Positions 45,601 to 56,000 of a stretch of DNA of 64,000 bases are shown here, in pieces (the stretch's first letter is position 1; every line of letters starts with the position of its first letter). The notes below the pieces were generated by a model. That model did not search any database. It was not told where the DNA came from and saw only the letters and a list, made by a program, of their open reading frames with translations. Position numbers and translations under genes: made by a program. The DNA is from Mantamonas sphyraenae STR306. Lineage: Eukaryota > Protista > CRuMs. The DNA lies in contig JAPMXV010000054.1 of assembly GCA_026936335.1 (NCBI GenBank), positions 310,001 through 374,000 of the forward strand. The letters are read 5' to 3'.

Positions 45601-47691
45601 GGGAACAGCGATCCCGTGCGAGCCTCGGTTCTGTCCAGCACACACATTGTGGTGACGACGCCGCTCGATTCAGCCGGTGATCAGCCGGTCAAGGTGGCCC
45701 TGAACGGAGTGCAGTTTGCTCCGTCCACAGTCCTGTTCCACTTTGAAGTCATCACCTGTCCCAGCAACACCATCTCGCCTACAGGGAGCCCACAGAAGGA
45801 CGACGATTGCGTGTGCCGTCCAGGTTTCTACGAGCCGAACGGCAAACGAGGTGTGGAGTGCAAAGTGTGTCCGCCAGAGGCCATCTGTGACGGCCTGGGC
45901 AAGGCACCGTACCCCAGAAAGGGGTACTTTGCAACTACATCTGGTTTTGACCCCGTGTTTGTCCGCTGTGCAGTGGGCACCGCCTGCGTTGGAGGCGAGA
46001 CATCCGGCTGCAGCCCGGGATACACCGGTGTGCTGTGTGGCATCTGCGATGAGGGATACCACCGCTTGGGAGACACATGCGAGCCATGCCAAGAGAGCTC
46101 CGCGGCCATGTTGACCATCCTTGTGCTACTTTTCGTGGCGTACGTGTTTTACGTGCGGCGACAGGTGCGTTCGACGCGAGCGACCGGCCGCGCGGCCGCC
46201 CTGGCCATCACCAACCTGCAGGTTATCAGCACATTTGCGGACTACCGCTTGGAATGGCCGGAAAGCGTCCAACAATTCCTCGGCTTGTTCTCTCTGGCAA
46301 ACTTCAACTTGGACATTGCGTCGCCAGAGTGCTCGTTCGCTTCCTCCTGGACGTTTGAGACTCGCTTTTGGTTCACCATGGCGCTGCCCGTGATCTTTTT
46401 GGTGGGCATTGTCCTGCGTGTGATCTTCCAGTTTGCGCGCGCAGAATGGGTGCGAGTGCGCGGCGAGCGTTTCCGAGCGAACCATCCGTCATTCTGCGCC
46501 GAGCCGGACGCCAGCTTGTCCGGCTGGCGCTTTGTAATCGAGCTTGCAAGGTACCGGCTGTCCACTGTGTTCACGCATGGCGAATTGGTGGATCAGGAGA
46601 CGCTGCGTAACGTCGTGAACGAGATGCTCTTCACTATGGGCCTCCTGTACATCACACTCACCACGCGTGTGCTGTCTGTGTTTGATTGCACGGAGGTTCA
46701 GCCCGGAGTGTCCGTGCTTGACGCAGACACCACCGTTCAATGTTGGGTTGACGGCGGCGCACACGCACAGCTCCTTCTTCCAGCAATCGTGTTTGCAGGA
46801 GTCTACGTGCTGGGTCTTCCGCTGCTGCTGGCAGTCATCATGTACGCTGGGCGTGAAGCAAGCACGCGCCACAGTCCAGCCTTCCAGCAAACGTTTTCCA
46901 GCTTGTTTGTGCGCTTCTCACCGCAGTATTTCTGGTTTGACGCGATTGTGCTGCTGCGCAAAGCCGCCATCGTCGCCATCAAGTTGTTTGCCACAACACA
47001 ACCCACTCTGCAGGGATTGATCGGCTTGGTGGTCATCGGAGGAGCTGCGCAGCTGCAGGCCTCTTGGCAGCCCTACCGGTCCAGCAAGCAGAACAGGCTG
47101 GAGTCGGTGCTGCTCGTGCAGAGTCTGCTGATCTTGCTGTCTGGCATTGTGTTTGTCACAGGAAGCTACGGCAACACCGACGGGCGTGAGGCATGGGCTG
47201 GAGTTGCCATTGCCTCGCAAATAGCCGTGCTTGTGACCTGTGTCTGGTTTGTCGCCAAGGACATCTGGGATGGTGTGCAGGAAGAGCGAATCGCCAACCT
47301 GGCCACGGCTGAACAAGCTGTTCTGCTTCAGCGTCTGCACACACACATTCTTCTGCCGTACTTCCACCCAGATCATCACCTGCGCCTCAAGATGCTTGCC
47401 TGCACCAAGCTTTCGCTTGACGAGCTGCGTGCGCTCGCCACCGAGGGTGCCAACGCACAGGTGCAATCGATGCGTCAGTTCGATGCTGTGCAATCTTTAC
47501 ACGGCGTGACTTCTGCTGTTCAGCCACAAGCGCGTGTGGACATCTCCGCGCATGCCGTTGCATTCGCTGACGCACCACTGAACAAGCTTCTGAACGCATT
47601 GGCAGCGGACCTGACATCCACCACCAATGTGCTGCAGGCATTCTTCACCAGGGACAAATCTGGAAACCACATCGAATTGAACTCCTTTTGA
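42685..47691 (+). CDS. 1,668-aa multipass cell-surface protein: signal peptide, SBBP beta-propeller, Cys-rich repeat, ~6 IPT/TIG domains, Cys-rich repeats, TM domain of the same family as the giant protein
   Basis: ATG at 42685 (MILLGLLLLLLGRPLPVKADW). Repeated WxRQxG/DxxxAVAV propeller blades, PxSGPxxGGTxVxIxG TIG motifs, CSPGYTGVLCGIC, and YFWFDAIVLLRKAAIV...QPY...NRLE. Confidence 0.86.
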   Translation: MILLGLLLLLLGRPLPVKADWSIQYGTMEGETAWDVAVAPNNDIVVAGTTGGPLYVNASVGGVTDGYVQRRTALGDVIWTRQLGSTDYDDLTAVAVSQAGEAYAAGFSRGSFHGQSVVGGEDMVLVKLSTSGVVLWARQWGSVDNDRALGVAVGPSGAVYVVGRSLHSVDGQTRFGRFDVVVTKWTADGDKVWTRQFGTPENDEGKAIAVSSDEEILVTGFVGDSIDGEPFVGAPGASPDLFVARFAANGDRLWTRLWGDSQQNAGNDIAVSGDVVYVVGQTYSASGTGLFDPFTPDSVSLAYTVNGTRLWFRNFATPVQTDYPTGVGVHASGDIFVSGVVNTQFESAMEMYLARFSTNGHLLWKRVWGASAGDYITGLDIAPSGLIMLSGYTLSSLARPVQGSYDALLTQVKPELNCTQEGSFSGDILKVPGPYEDGVSVCKLCPVGSYANASHRTTCFPCPPGSISLLPGQSACNISLPVVTSINLHTMPDTGGTHVDLRGGNLNISTIPVWRASDGTKRSGVNCSFVTDTRMTCDTPPFPKLGTVSVLIEDERLPDYFDSPTMDVYRDGFVGPSPRSGPIKGGTLVSIAGQGLSSRDGTLAGCRFGTNPASKLVIQPSAIVCTSPMGIPTGRVNVSVSLNGQQWHTVADGRFWFYEASLRGLSINSGLTTGGTHVSMHTEGIVDAGDVPVILMRGNTTGTIVSATQVDMVTPHVDTPLFAPGSTFSVSVQLAPNGQQFLEASFPFALYPPHGLVGAVPFTMPVSSPGMVTLSPDDDKSFSNTGNSIRVRFRSSGGSIVTVSGEYRSSTSIRAAAPTLAPEQSGMGAVSIALNGQQWSPWRELTRFRVDSVAPAWSPSTGDTDVVVTGHGFNSTGINLLCSFDGLQSSGTFVSSSQVRCVTPPSLAPGVVAVGVSTNGANFATSASASIQIYAPPIVSSIEPTKATRGQATKVTISGSGFVDTGLAAVQFGNSDPVRASVLSSTHIVVTTPLDSAGDQPVKVALNGVQFAPSTVLFHFEVITCPSNTISPTGSPQKDDDCVCRPGFYEPNGKRGVECKVCPPEAICDGLGKAPYPRKGYFATTSGFDPVFVRCAVGTACVGGETSGCSPGYTGVLCGICDEGYHRLGDTCEPCQESSAAMLTILVLLFVAYVFYVRRQVRSTRATGRAAALAITNLQVISTFADYRLEWPESVQQFLGLFSLANFNLDIASPECSFASSWTFETRFWFTMALPVIFLVGIVLRVIFQFARAEWVRVRGERFRANHPSFCAEPDASLSGWRFVIELARYRLSTVFTHGELVDQETLRNVVNEMLFTMGLLYITLTTRVLSVFDCTEVQPGVSVLDADTTVQCWVDGGAHAQLLLPAIVFAGVYVLGLPLLLAVIMYAGREASTRHSPAFQQTFSSLFVRFSPQYFWFDAIVLLRKAAIVAIKLFATTQPTLQGLIGLVVIGGAAQLQASWQPYRSSKQNRLESVLLVQSLLILLSGIVFVTGSYGNTDGREAWAGVAIASQIAVLVTCVWFVAKDIWDGVQEERIANLATAEQAVLLQRLHTHILLPYFHPDHHLRLKMLACTKLSLDELRALATEGANAQVQSMRQFDAVQSLHGVTSAVQPQARVDISAHAVAFADAPLNKLLNALAADLTSTTNVLQAFFTRDKSGNHIELNSF

Positions 47692-47704
47692 TTCTGCCTC
47701 CCTC

Positions 47705-50398
47705 TCACGCTGCAAGGACGTCGTCCACAAATCGTCGGTACAGGACGTCGCCCGACTGCCCGCGGTACTCGTTGATAAGGGTGTCCAGGTCGGCCTGTTT
47801 GATTTGGTACTGGCACAACGCCAGCGACGTGCCAAACTTGGCCTCGCTGATTGTGCCGCGGCGCAGCTTGTCAAAGTCTCCAAAGAACTCGCCCGGACGT
47901 ACCTTGAGACGCTTGCTTTGCTGCTTGAGATCGGCCAGGATCTCTTCCAGCGTTGCGTCGCGCTCCTCTTGCTTCTGCTTGAGCTGTTTTGCGTTGCGAG
48001 TGCGATGCAGATGCTTCTTCGAGTGCTCCTCAAACGTCACGGTGTCCTGCACCGCCTGCTTGCCGCCGTACACGCCGGCTGCAAACGCAACATAGTCCAC
48101 CAAACCCGTCTCGTCGTCCTTAAACTCGGCAATCAGCTGCTTCATCTCGCGTTCCGTCGTGCGGAACTCGAGGAACGACAGGCCCTGGCGGAATTGCTTC
48201 TGCGTCACAAAGCCCTTGCGCAGCTTGTCGATGTCCTGAAAGAAGTTTTCCACAATGATGCCGCGTTGGTTGGTGCGTGTGCGGAAACGGAGCAGCAGCT
48301 TGCGCACAGGTCCACTCACGCGACGCGTCTCCTTCTCGTGGCTCAGGTCGATGGTCATGGGCTTCACTTCCTTGCGTGGTGACTTTTCCAGACCCTTGCT
48401 GGTGAACGCCTCCTCGACGTCGTCCGAGAAGCGTCGGTAGTCCACGTAGCGGCCAGTCAGCTTCGTGCTCTTGTACGCCTTGCACAGCATGCCGTGCTCA
48501 TCGTCCGTCAGTGTGATGCCACTGACGTCCAGGCAATTGCGGAACTGGTTAAAGGTGACCACGCCGCGGTGGAGGCGGTCGAAATCGCGGAAAAACTCTG
48601 CGACCCGGATGCGCTGTTGCACGCATCGTTTCTGGATGCGCGTCAACAGTGAGTCCAGATCGTCGTCTTCGTAGTCCACCTCGTTCTCATTGATTTGATG
48701 TGTGGCTTGTGTGTCCACAAACACGGGACGCAGCACCACCTTGGATTCCTCCTTCTTCTGCTGCTTGCTCTGGTCGTCCACCCACGCCTTGGCCTCGGCG
48801 TCCTTGATGAATGCCGCGTAGTTGACCATGCCGCTGCTGGCCAGTCCCTCTTGGTCCAGGATGGAATACTTCTTCACCAGAGCATCGGTATCCTCCGGAG
48901 ACACGTCGATCTTGCCGATCTGCAGGATGCGCGTAAACTGTGCCGCTGTGACCACTCCTGTGCGCCGTTTGTCAAAGTCGTAAAACAAGGGCGTGAGAGT
49001 GATGCGTTGGTTGTTCACATAGTCTTGCAGGCGGCGCATGACGCGGTTGGCCTCGCTGAGGTCGCGTTTGGAAATCTTGGCCAGCGGCCGTGTTTCCGTC
49101 AAGTCCTTCTCGCGTGCCGTGCGGATGCCCAGCGATTCGTTGAGTGTGATGCGCGGGGTCTGAAAGACGGTGTTTACGGCTGCGGTAAAGTCGCGGTAGG
49201 CGAATCGTCCGTCGCTGTTGCGGTACTTCTCCTTGAGCAGTTCCAGCTGGTTTTCGGTGAGGTGGATCTTGCAGGTTTCCAGCACAGTGCCCAGGTGGCT
49301 TTCAGCCACATGGCCCAAACGGAGACCGTCGTAGTCGCGAAAGTACTCCTCGAGACGGATCTTGGACTTGGCCACTGTGTCTCGAACCAGCTGCTCCACC
49401 TGGTCGGCGTTGCTGTACAGGGTTCGCTTCTTCTTTGGGCTGGCGACCGATCGGCGCACACGCACCGACGAGCGCAACGAATCCTCTGCGCCAAACTCAA
49501 AGGCGGTTTGGGACCCCTGCACAAGGGCTTCCACGGTGTCGTGCAGGTCGCGGTAGTTGACTTTGCCACCGACGCCTCCGATGGAGCGCTTCCCGTGGAC
49601 GTCGCGAGCTGCGTACTTGCCCAGCAGCAGGTTTGTGTGGTTTGTGTTGAGGTTGAACACGTTGAGACCCTGCAGGAACTGGTGATGGGTCACATAGCCC
49701 GTGTTCTGCTTGTCCCAGTCCTGGAAGAACGACTTGAGGTGGTAGCCACGCACAGAGCATTCCTTGGCCAACTTGAGGTGCAATGCACGCAGCTGGGACT
49801 CCTGTCGCGGAGGAAGCTTGTTCAGAGGACGCGTGCGGATGAGCGACGACGTGTCCTGCAGCGAAGCCCGAGGCGTCTTTTCCAGATTCTTCAGGGTGAA
49901 CACTGTGGTCGCACGTGCGTCGAACATGGTCGTGTGCGTGTGCGCGCATGGTTATGTGTGCAAATAGGCAAGGCGCATGCGTGCGTGGAGTGTGCGTGGA
50001 GTGTGTGTGTGCGTGTGTGCGTGAGCAGAGTGCCGTGAGGGCCAGAGTCAAACGGGCCGATTTTTAAACGTTGGGTCAGCCGAGAGCGAAACGCGCGGCC
50101 CACGGGAGTGCAGGGGACACATACCGGAATTGATTGTGTCGCAAAAGGCGTTGTAGTCGATGCCCTTGCCACTGGTGTCATACTTTTCAACAAGCATATC
50201 CACCTCGACCTGGGGCAGCTGGAAGCCTCCCTGCTGCAGCGCTCGCTCAAACTGTGTCTCGGTGATGTACCCGTGCTTCAGCTTATCAAAGTCGCGAAAG
50301 AACTCGTCGATGCGCACACGCTTGACAAACACGTGCGACTTGATGCGAGACTCGAGTTCGTCGACGTCGTTGGCAAACTGGGGATCAGGTGACGACAT
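47705..50398 (-). CDS. Multi-EF-hand repeat protein (~823 aa), CFAP115/EFCAB-like, probably ciliary
   Basis: Exons 50398-50125 and 49902-47705 (GTATGT...CAG intron). About seven repeats of RIxxFFxDFDKxxxGxVTxxQFxxxL...YxxF, with VFTxxxLEKxP linkers. Confidence 0.8.
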
Positions 50399-50587
50399 TC
50401 CGGAGTGGAGTGCGGGGGGGGGTTGTCTTGCCGGTGCCTGCGTCAACATGACACACACTGTGGCATTCTGCCCATGGACAACATTGACGCTACAGGGAGA
50501 CCAGCCACGAAGATGTGGACGAAAACATGGATGCAAGTGTCGTCGGGGACTCCTGCACGCACTGTCGGGAACAGTCGAAAGCGAAAG

Positions 50588-51823
50588 ATGTCGTCGCGGC
50601 TGGGCAAGCCATCGAGTTGGTCACAATGGGCACAGGGGGTGCAAATGGAGCTACTGGTGAATGCCAACAGCGCAGCGCAGCTGGAGCGGCTCAAGCGACT
50701 GCAGAACGGGGGTGGGGCGTCGATGTTTGGAGGGGTGGGACCAAAGCAACGGCAACGGCTGCTGCTGAGCAACGACCCTGGCGAGGTGTTTGGTGAGTAT
50801 TGCAAGCAGTGGAAGGAAGAGGGTGGGCAGGAGGACAGCGCAGCTGGGGTGTTTGTACGTTCGTTCCAGGAGCTGCAGGAGCAGTTTGTGGAGCGGCTGC
50901 GCAGAGAGACTGAGCAAACTGGCGAGGAGCTGTTTGTATGGTCTGACGAGCTGCTGGAAATGGGCATGGCCTCGTCTGTGGAGGAGGGAGACAAGCTGTC
51001 GGGCCAGTTTTGGCTGAGTGCATGCCACATGGCGGCGTTTGTACAGTGGAAGGAGGCAGCTGCGTTTCTGAAGGCCACAGGGTACCCTGACGTGAAAGAC
51101 GTCAGCAAGGCCGTGTCTGCTGTGTGTGGAGTGCAGTACGCGCTCCAGCAAGAGACCGAGGAAGGAGGCGAGGAGAACAAAGAGGTGGTGGTGGTGCTGG
51201 TTGTGGGCGAAGGCACACAGCCGATGCTCTCGCTACTGCTGCAGTGGACTCTGGGCGAGCGCGCATGTGTGGTGAGTGTGGATCCTGCGTTGGCAGTGAA
51301 TTCAGAGATGGGTGGCGGTGTGATGGAGCAATCGGATGTGGTTGTGGTGGAACGCGGGACGAAGGACCACGAGCAAGAACCAGAATCGCTCGGGGTGTGG
51401 CAGGACGGTGTGCTGCTTGTAAACAGGCGGTTGCAAGAGGTGCAAGTGCAAACACAAAGGAAATGTGCGGTCGTGGCATACCATGCGCATGTGGGCGTGA
51501 CTGCGTGCCTGCGTGCCGTGTGTGGCACAGGGGAGCCAGGTCAGGTTTGTGTGATCGCTTGTCCTTGTTGCTCGTTCCATCGCAGCATGAGCAGCATCCA
51601 GATCAAAACGCAGGAGCAAGAGACGTCCAGAGACGGCCAAGGGGAAGACAAGGAACAGACGGAGGAAGGGGCGGAGGAGGAGGAGAGTGGACGCAAGACA
51701 AGGCGTCGCCATGCGGTCGGGCCCAGCTGGGTCATGGAGGACGCAGGTGTGGTGCATCAGCATCGCAGTGTGCGTGGGTGGATCGGATTGGCAAGCGTGT
51801 CGACATGCGGTGAGGGTGGGTGA
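50588..51823 (+). CDS. Putative SAM-dependent methyltransferase-like protein
   Basis: ATG at 50588. Rossmann-like motifs VLVVGEG and VVSVDP, followed by AYHAH and CPCC. Confidence 0.55.
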   Translation: MSSRLGKPSSWSQWAQGVQMELLVNANSAAQLERLKRLQNGGGASMFGGVGPKQRQRLLLSNDPGEVFGEYCKQWKEEGGQEDSAAGVFVRSFQELQEQFVERLRRETEQTGEELFVWSDELLEMGMASSVEEGDKLSGQFWLSACHMAAFVQWKEAAAFLKATGYPDVKDVSKAVSAVCGVQYALQQETEEGGEENKEVVVVLVVGEGTQPMLSLLLQWTLGERACVVSVDPALAVNSEMGGGVMEQSDVVVVERGTKDHEQEPESLGVWQDGVLLVNRRLQEVQVQTQRKCAVVAYHAHVGVTACLRAVCGTGEPGQVCVIACPCCSFHRSMSSIQIKTQEQETSRDGQGEDKEQTEEGAEEEESGRKTRRRHAVGPSWVMEDAGVVHQHRSVRGWIGLASVSTCGEGG

Positions 51824-51850
51824 GGAGGACGATCGATTTCATCACGGTGT

Positions 51851-53074
51851 TCAGTTGTTCTTCTTCTTGCCGCCCTTCTTGGCTCCCTTCTTGCCGTTGC
51901 GCGAGGCCAAAGTGTTTCCCTGGATCCACTCTGCGTCGTAGCCAACGCCAGTGCCCTTCTCCTGGGCAGAGGCGGACTGGGACGAGGTCTGGGTGCTGAT
52001 GTAGGCGATGTAGGCTACGACGGCGATGCCAGCAGCAATGGCCACATACGTAAACAGGGCCTCGGTGTCAAAATGCGACTGGGATTCAACGAGGTCGATG
52101 GTCTTGTTGAGGACGTAGGTGAGGTACTGCTGCTCGGGCTGCAGCACATCCTGGTACTGAACGCGGCAGGCGAGGCCAAACTCGCGCGGTTCCAGTGTCT
52201 TGTCCGGCATGAAGCTATATTCAAAGGTGGCCTGCAGCGTGCTGGGCACAACCTGGTAGGGTGCAAGGACCGTGTACTGTGGGTGCGAGGGCAGTGCGTG
52301 CGTACGTGATGTGCAAGCGGGCCCGATGCGTGTCAGCGCATGGGAAAAAGGGAAGGCGGCGTTGTCCGGCAGCAGGCACAAAACACTCACGTTTTCGACG
52401 ACCATGCTGTAGTCCAGGTGGTACAGGAGCTGGCAGGCAACGAGGGTGACGTTGTAGTTGCTGTTGCCGACGTTGTTCAGCGAGAGGAGGACGTCGACGC
52501 GCTCACCCGAGGGGAACTCTGTGGCGGGTCAAGCAATCAAGGACGGCGCGCGTTGGGGAGGCGGACGCAGGACGGGAGCCATGGACACAGACAGGGTGAG
52601 CCAACCTCGCACGCATTGGAGGAGAAAGGGCAGGCAGAACGGCCAATGGGTCGGGCGTGTGGCTGGAGGGAAGGAGAGAGTGGCCGGCGGGCAGCCACGG
52701 CAACAAGTGACGTGTGCATGCGCTCAGGCGGCCTGGACGGCAGACGTACGCTCATTGGGAAAGTCCGGGAAGAGGTATGTGGTCTTGAGGTCATCTGCAG
52801 GCAGGAGCTCGGGGGTCTGCTGCTCCTGCTCCTGTTCAGCCGAGCTGCCGGGCTGCGCCAAAACTGCGGGAGGGCAGCGGGTCAATGCGAGGCCGAGCAA
52901 AGGCGGTGCGGGTGGGCGTGAGCATAAATAGAGACGGGCCAGGCAGACCACAATGGGGCCAGGGACACATGGCAGGGCAAAAACAAATCAGAGCTGCAAA
53001 GGGGGCTTCAACGACGTACCTGCGCCACTCATGAGGAGAGCTGCGAGCAGAAAAACCGAAAGGAGTCGCGCCAT
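51851..53074 (-). CDS. SSR1: Translocon-associated protein subunit alpha (TRAP-alpha), ~240 aa
   Basis: Exons 53074-53020, 52863-52750, 52518-52391 and 52276-51851 splice in frame. Signal peptide MARLLSVFLLAALLMSGAV; motifs QATFEYSF, PREFGL, FDTEALFTY plus a TM segment, EKGT...EWI. Confidence 0.85.
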
Positions 53075-53097
53075 CTCGTCCAGACAAGTTGGGCGCC

Positions 53098-56000
53098 ATG
53101 GCGGAAAGCAGTGGTGACGCGGATCAGGTGGCCAACGACATCCTGACATTGGGGGACGAGCTACTGGAACGTAGGCTCAAGGTGTCAGGCAGGAATGCAC
53201 TGACGCGGGAGGCAGTGCGAGAGTACGAGCAGGTGTGTGAGGTGGCCTCGGCTCAGCTATCGAGCTTGAGCCAGGCATTGGCATGCGAACACGGTTCGCT
53301 GCAGGCGCTGGGCGAGCACACAGTGAACAGTGTGGTGCAGTGTTGCCAACAGCTGGTGGCCGTGTACCAGGTGTGCTGTTCGGCCCAGCAGGTGGACGTG
53401 GAGAGCATCCGCTTCTACGAACACGCCCTGTACCTCGCTGTGGCCGACCTGCACGCCTTTTGTCACATGGCTGTGTCCCACTCATCCGTACACACCCAAC
53501 TCAACACGGCCATTGTCGAGCTGTCCATGCGGGTGGCCCAGTTGGACGAGGACCAGCTCAAACTGCAGCGGCTTGCCGTCGCTGCCAGCTCCCTTCTCCA
53601 GCGCCTCGTGGCCAACAACCACACCGACTTTTCCCTCACCTACCTCAACGTTTGTATGGAGCGCCTGGTCAAGGCTGCCGAGAGCATGGCACTCTCTCGC
53701 ACCTCGGGCCCTCTGCAGCAGCTCACTGTGCTCAATGCCTCGGAGGCCGTGAAACAAACCTTTGCCCAGCTCAAAGCCGTGGTGTACGGCAGCGAGGCGG
53801 CGCAGGAGAAGATTGTGGCCGCAGAGGGTGGCAACAGCCTCGAGGACACGGGCGAGGACGGTGGAGAGGGTGCGGAGAGCGAGGAGCGCGTGCAAAACGT
53901 GGGCGGTGTGCGGCGCGAGGGCCGAGCCTCGAAACGAAAGGGGATCTACTTGGGCTCTGTGCTCACCGTGTCGCCGCCCGAAGACATGGAAGTCAACGAG
54001 AGCGACCGAGACAAGTGGCCAGCCACGGTGATGGAGCTGGACCATGCCGCAATGCTCGACGAGTTTGTGCTGATGTGCACCTGCGTGGGCCACCTCCTGG
54101 ACGCAAGCGTCATGCCTGCGCAACAGAACTCGGACGAATCGGAAAGTGGCATGGACGTGTTCAGGAGACGCTTCTCCATGAATGCAGGCAGTGGTGGCAG
54201 TGGCGGCGGCCAGAGGGACAGCTTGGGCAGCAGTCGTTCGCGGATGTCCACCTCCTCCTCGTCACGCACCTCGGTCAGCATGGCTGGCACCGTCTCGTCG
54301 CGGCTGTCCACAGCGTCGTCCTCGTCGTCGTCCCTGGCCTCGTCGCCGGCCCCTCCTTTGTACATTGGCGGCAAGCGAAGCAGTTCGCTCCGCGAGGGCC
54401 TTGTGCACTGGCCACACAAGAGCGAAGAGGACGACGGAGAGGACGGCAACAGTCGCGTTGGTGAGGATGTACATGCAGAAGCAGCGAGCATTGGAATGGC
54501 GCTGGCGGACTTGGACCTGGGCCTGGGCGGGAGCAGCAACAGCGGGGGCGAGGACGACGCGTACGATGAGCAGAGCGGGGGACGCAGTCGCAACACACGG
54601 TCACACAACAACAAGGGGGTGCGTGACGTACAGAGTTGGAGTGGAGTGATGTGGCAGGGGGACGAAGGCGAGGGCCACAGCGTGATTGGAGAGGACATGG
54701 TGGAGGATGCATTTGACAAGATCAAACCCGTGGACATTGTGAATGCTTTGAGCAACGTCAACCTGTCTCTGTGGCGACGAGACTCGTCGTCGTTTGAGAC
54801 GACGGATCTGCTGCTACCGGCGCGCAGCACCTCGCTTGCGTCCGCACGCGACCGAATGGAGGAGCAAATGGACGAGGATACAAGAAAAGGAGCTGTGGAT
54901 CCGACCACAGGCAAACCGACGTGGCCGTGGCGGCTGTTCCATGAGGATGTCGACACGCTGGAGGAGGTGGAGCGCAACTGCTGGGACGAACTCGACACCA
55001 GCGAGTATATTGTGTATGCGGGCCATGACAGCAGTAGCGAGAGGAGCAACGAGGATGACACGGGCTCAGACAGGGCTCAGGGGACCAAGGACGAAGACTC
55101 AGGTACAGGTACAGAGACAGACGTCATCGATTGGAGCAGCGGACGCACGGCAGGGGCTCGCACGATGGCACGCAAGTTTAGCAACACAATCAGTGCATCG
55201 TCGAGGGCTATGGCGATGAGCATGCTCGGGGAGCGGGGAGAGGACGGAGGCGGAAACGGCAACGAGAGCGGATCGAGCGGACAGTCAACCATTCGGGCGG
55301 CCTCGCTGAATCAGCTGATCCTGAAGCTGACGGCCGAAGACGAACAGCAAGACCCGCACTTTATGGAGGTATTCCTCACCTGCTACCGCTCGTTCACAAA
55401 CCCGCACGAGTTTTTCCACAAGCTGGTGGAACGGTACATGCCACCGCGGTGGATGACGGAGCTGCAGGAGCAAACGGACGAGGAGCCGTACGACATGCAA
55501 CAGTACGCCATGGTGAAGGAGGTGGAGCAGAGCTTGCCGGCGGTGCGCAACAGGGTGTACTATGTGATGGCCAAGTGGATCGAGTCGTGTTACTTTGACC
55601 TAGACTCGAGCCTGGTGACCAAGGTGCATGCGTTTATCGAGCACCAGTTGGCAGAGAATGGGATGGAGAATCTGGGGCGGCACCTGACGAGTATGCTGAT
55701 GCGCAAGGTGAAGGAAACGAAGGATGCAAGGCAGCACAGAGCCATCTCCTCGCGCACGGAGCTGTTCATTATGGAGCTGAACGACAATCGGGAATACCTG
55801 TTTTCCATGCTGTTTGACGAGGACGTGCTGAACGTGGCGGAGCAGATGTGCCACATCGACTACGAACTGTACAGTGTGATCAAACCGCAGGAACTGCTCA
55901 AGCAGGCGTGGAACAAGCCCGAGCTGAAGCGAGTGGCTGTCAACGTGGTCTCCATGGCTATGCGCTTCAACTCTGTAAGCAACTGGGTGACGAGTTGCAT

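Noticed and set aside
18631-47691. Bacterial contamination or prophage suggested by bacterial-type domains
   Set aside because: Spliceosomal introns in two of the three genes, a eukaryote-type membrane domain, and continuity with ETFDH and the EF-hand gene argue against it.
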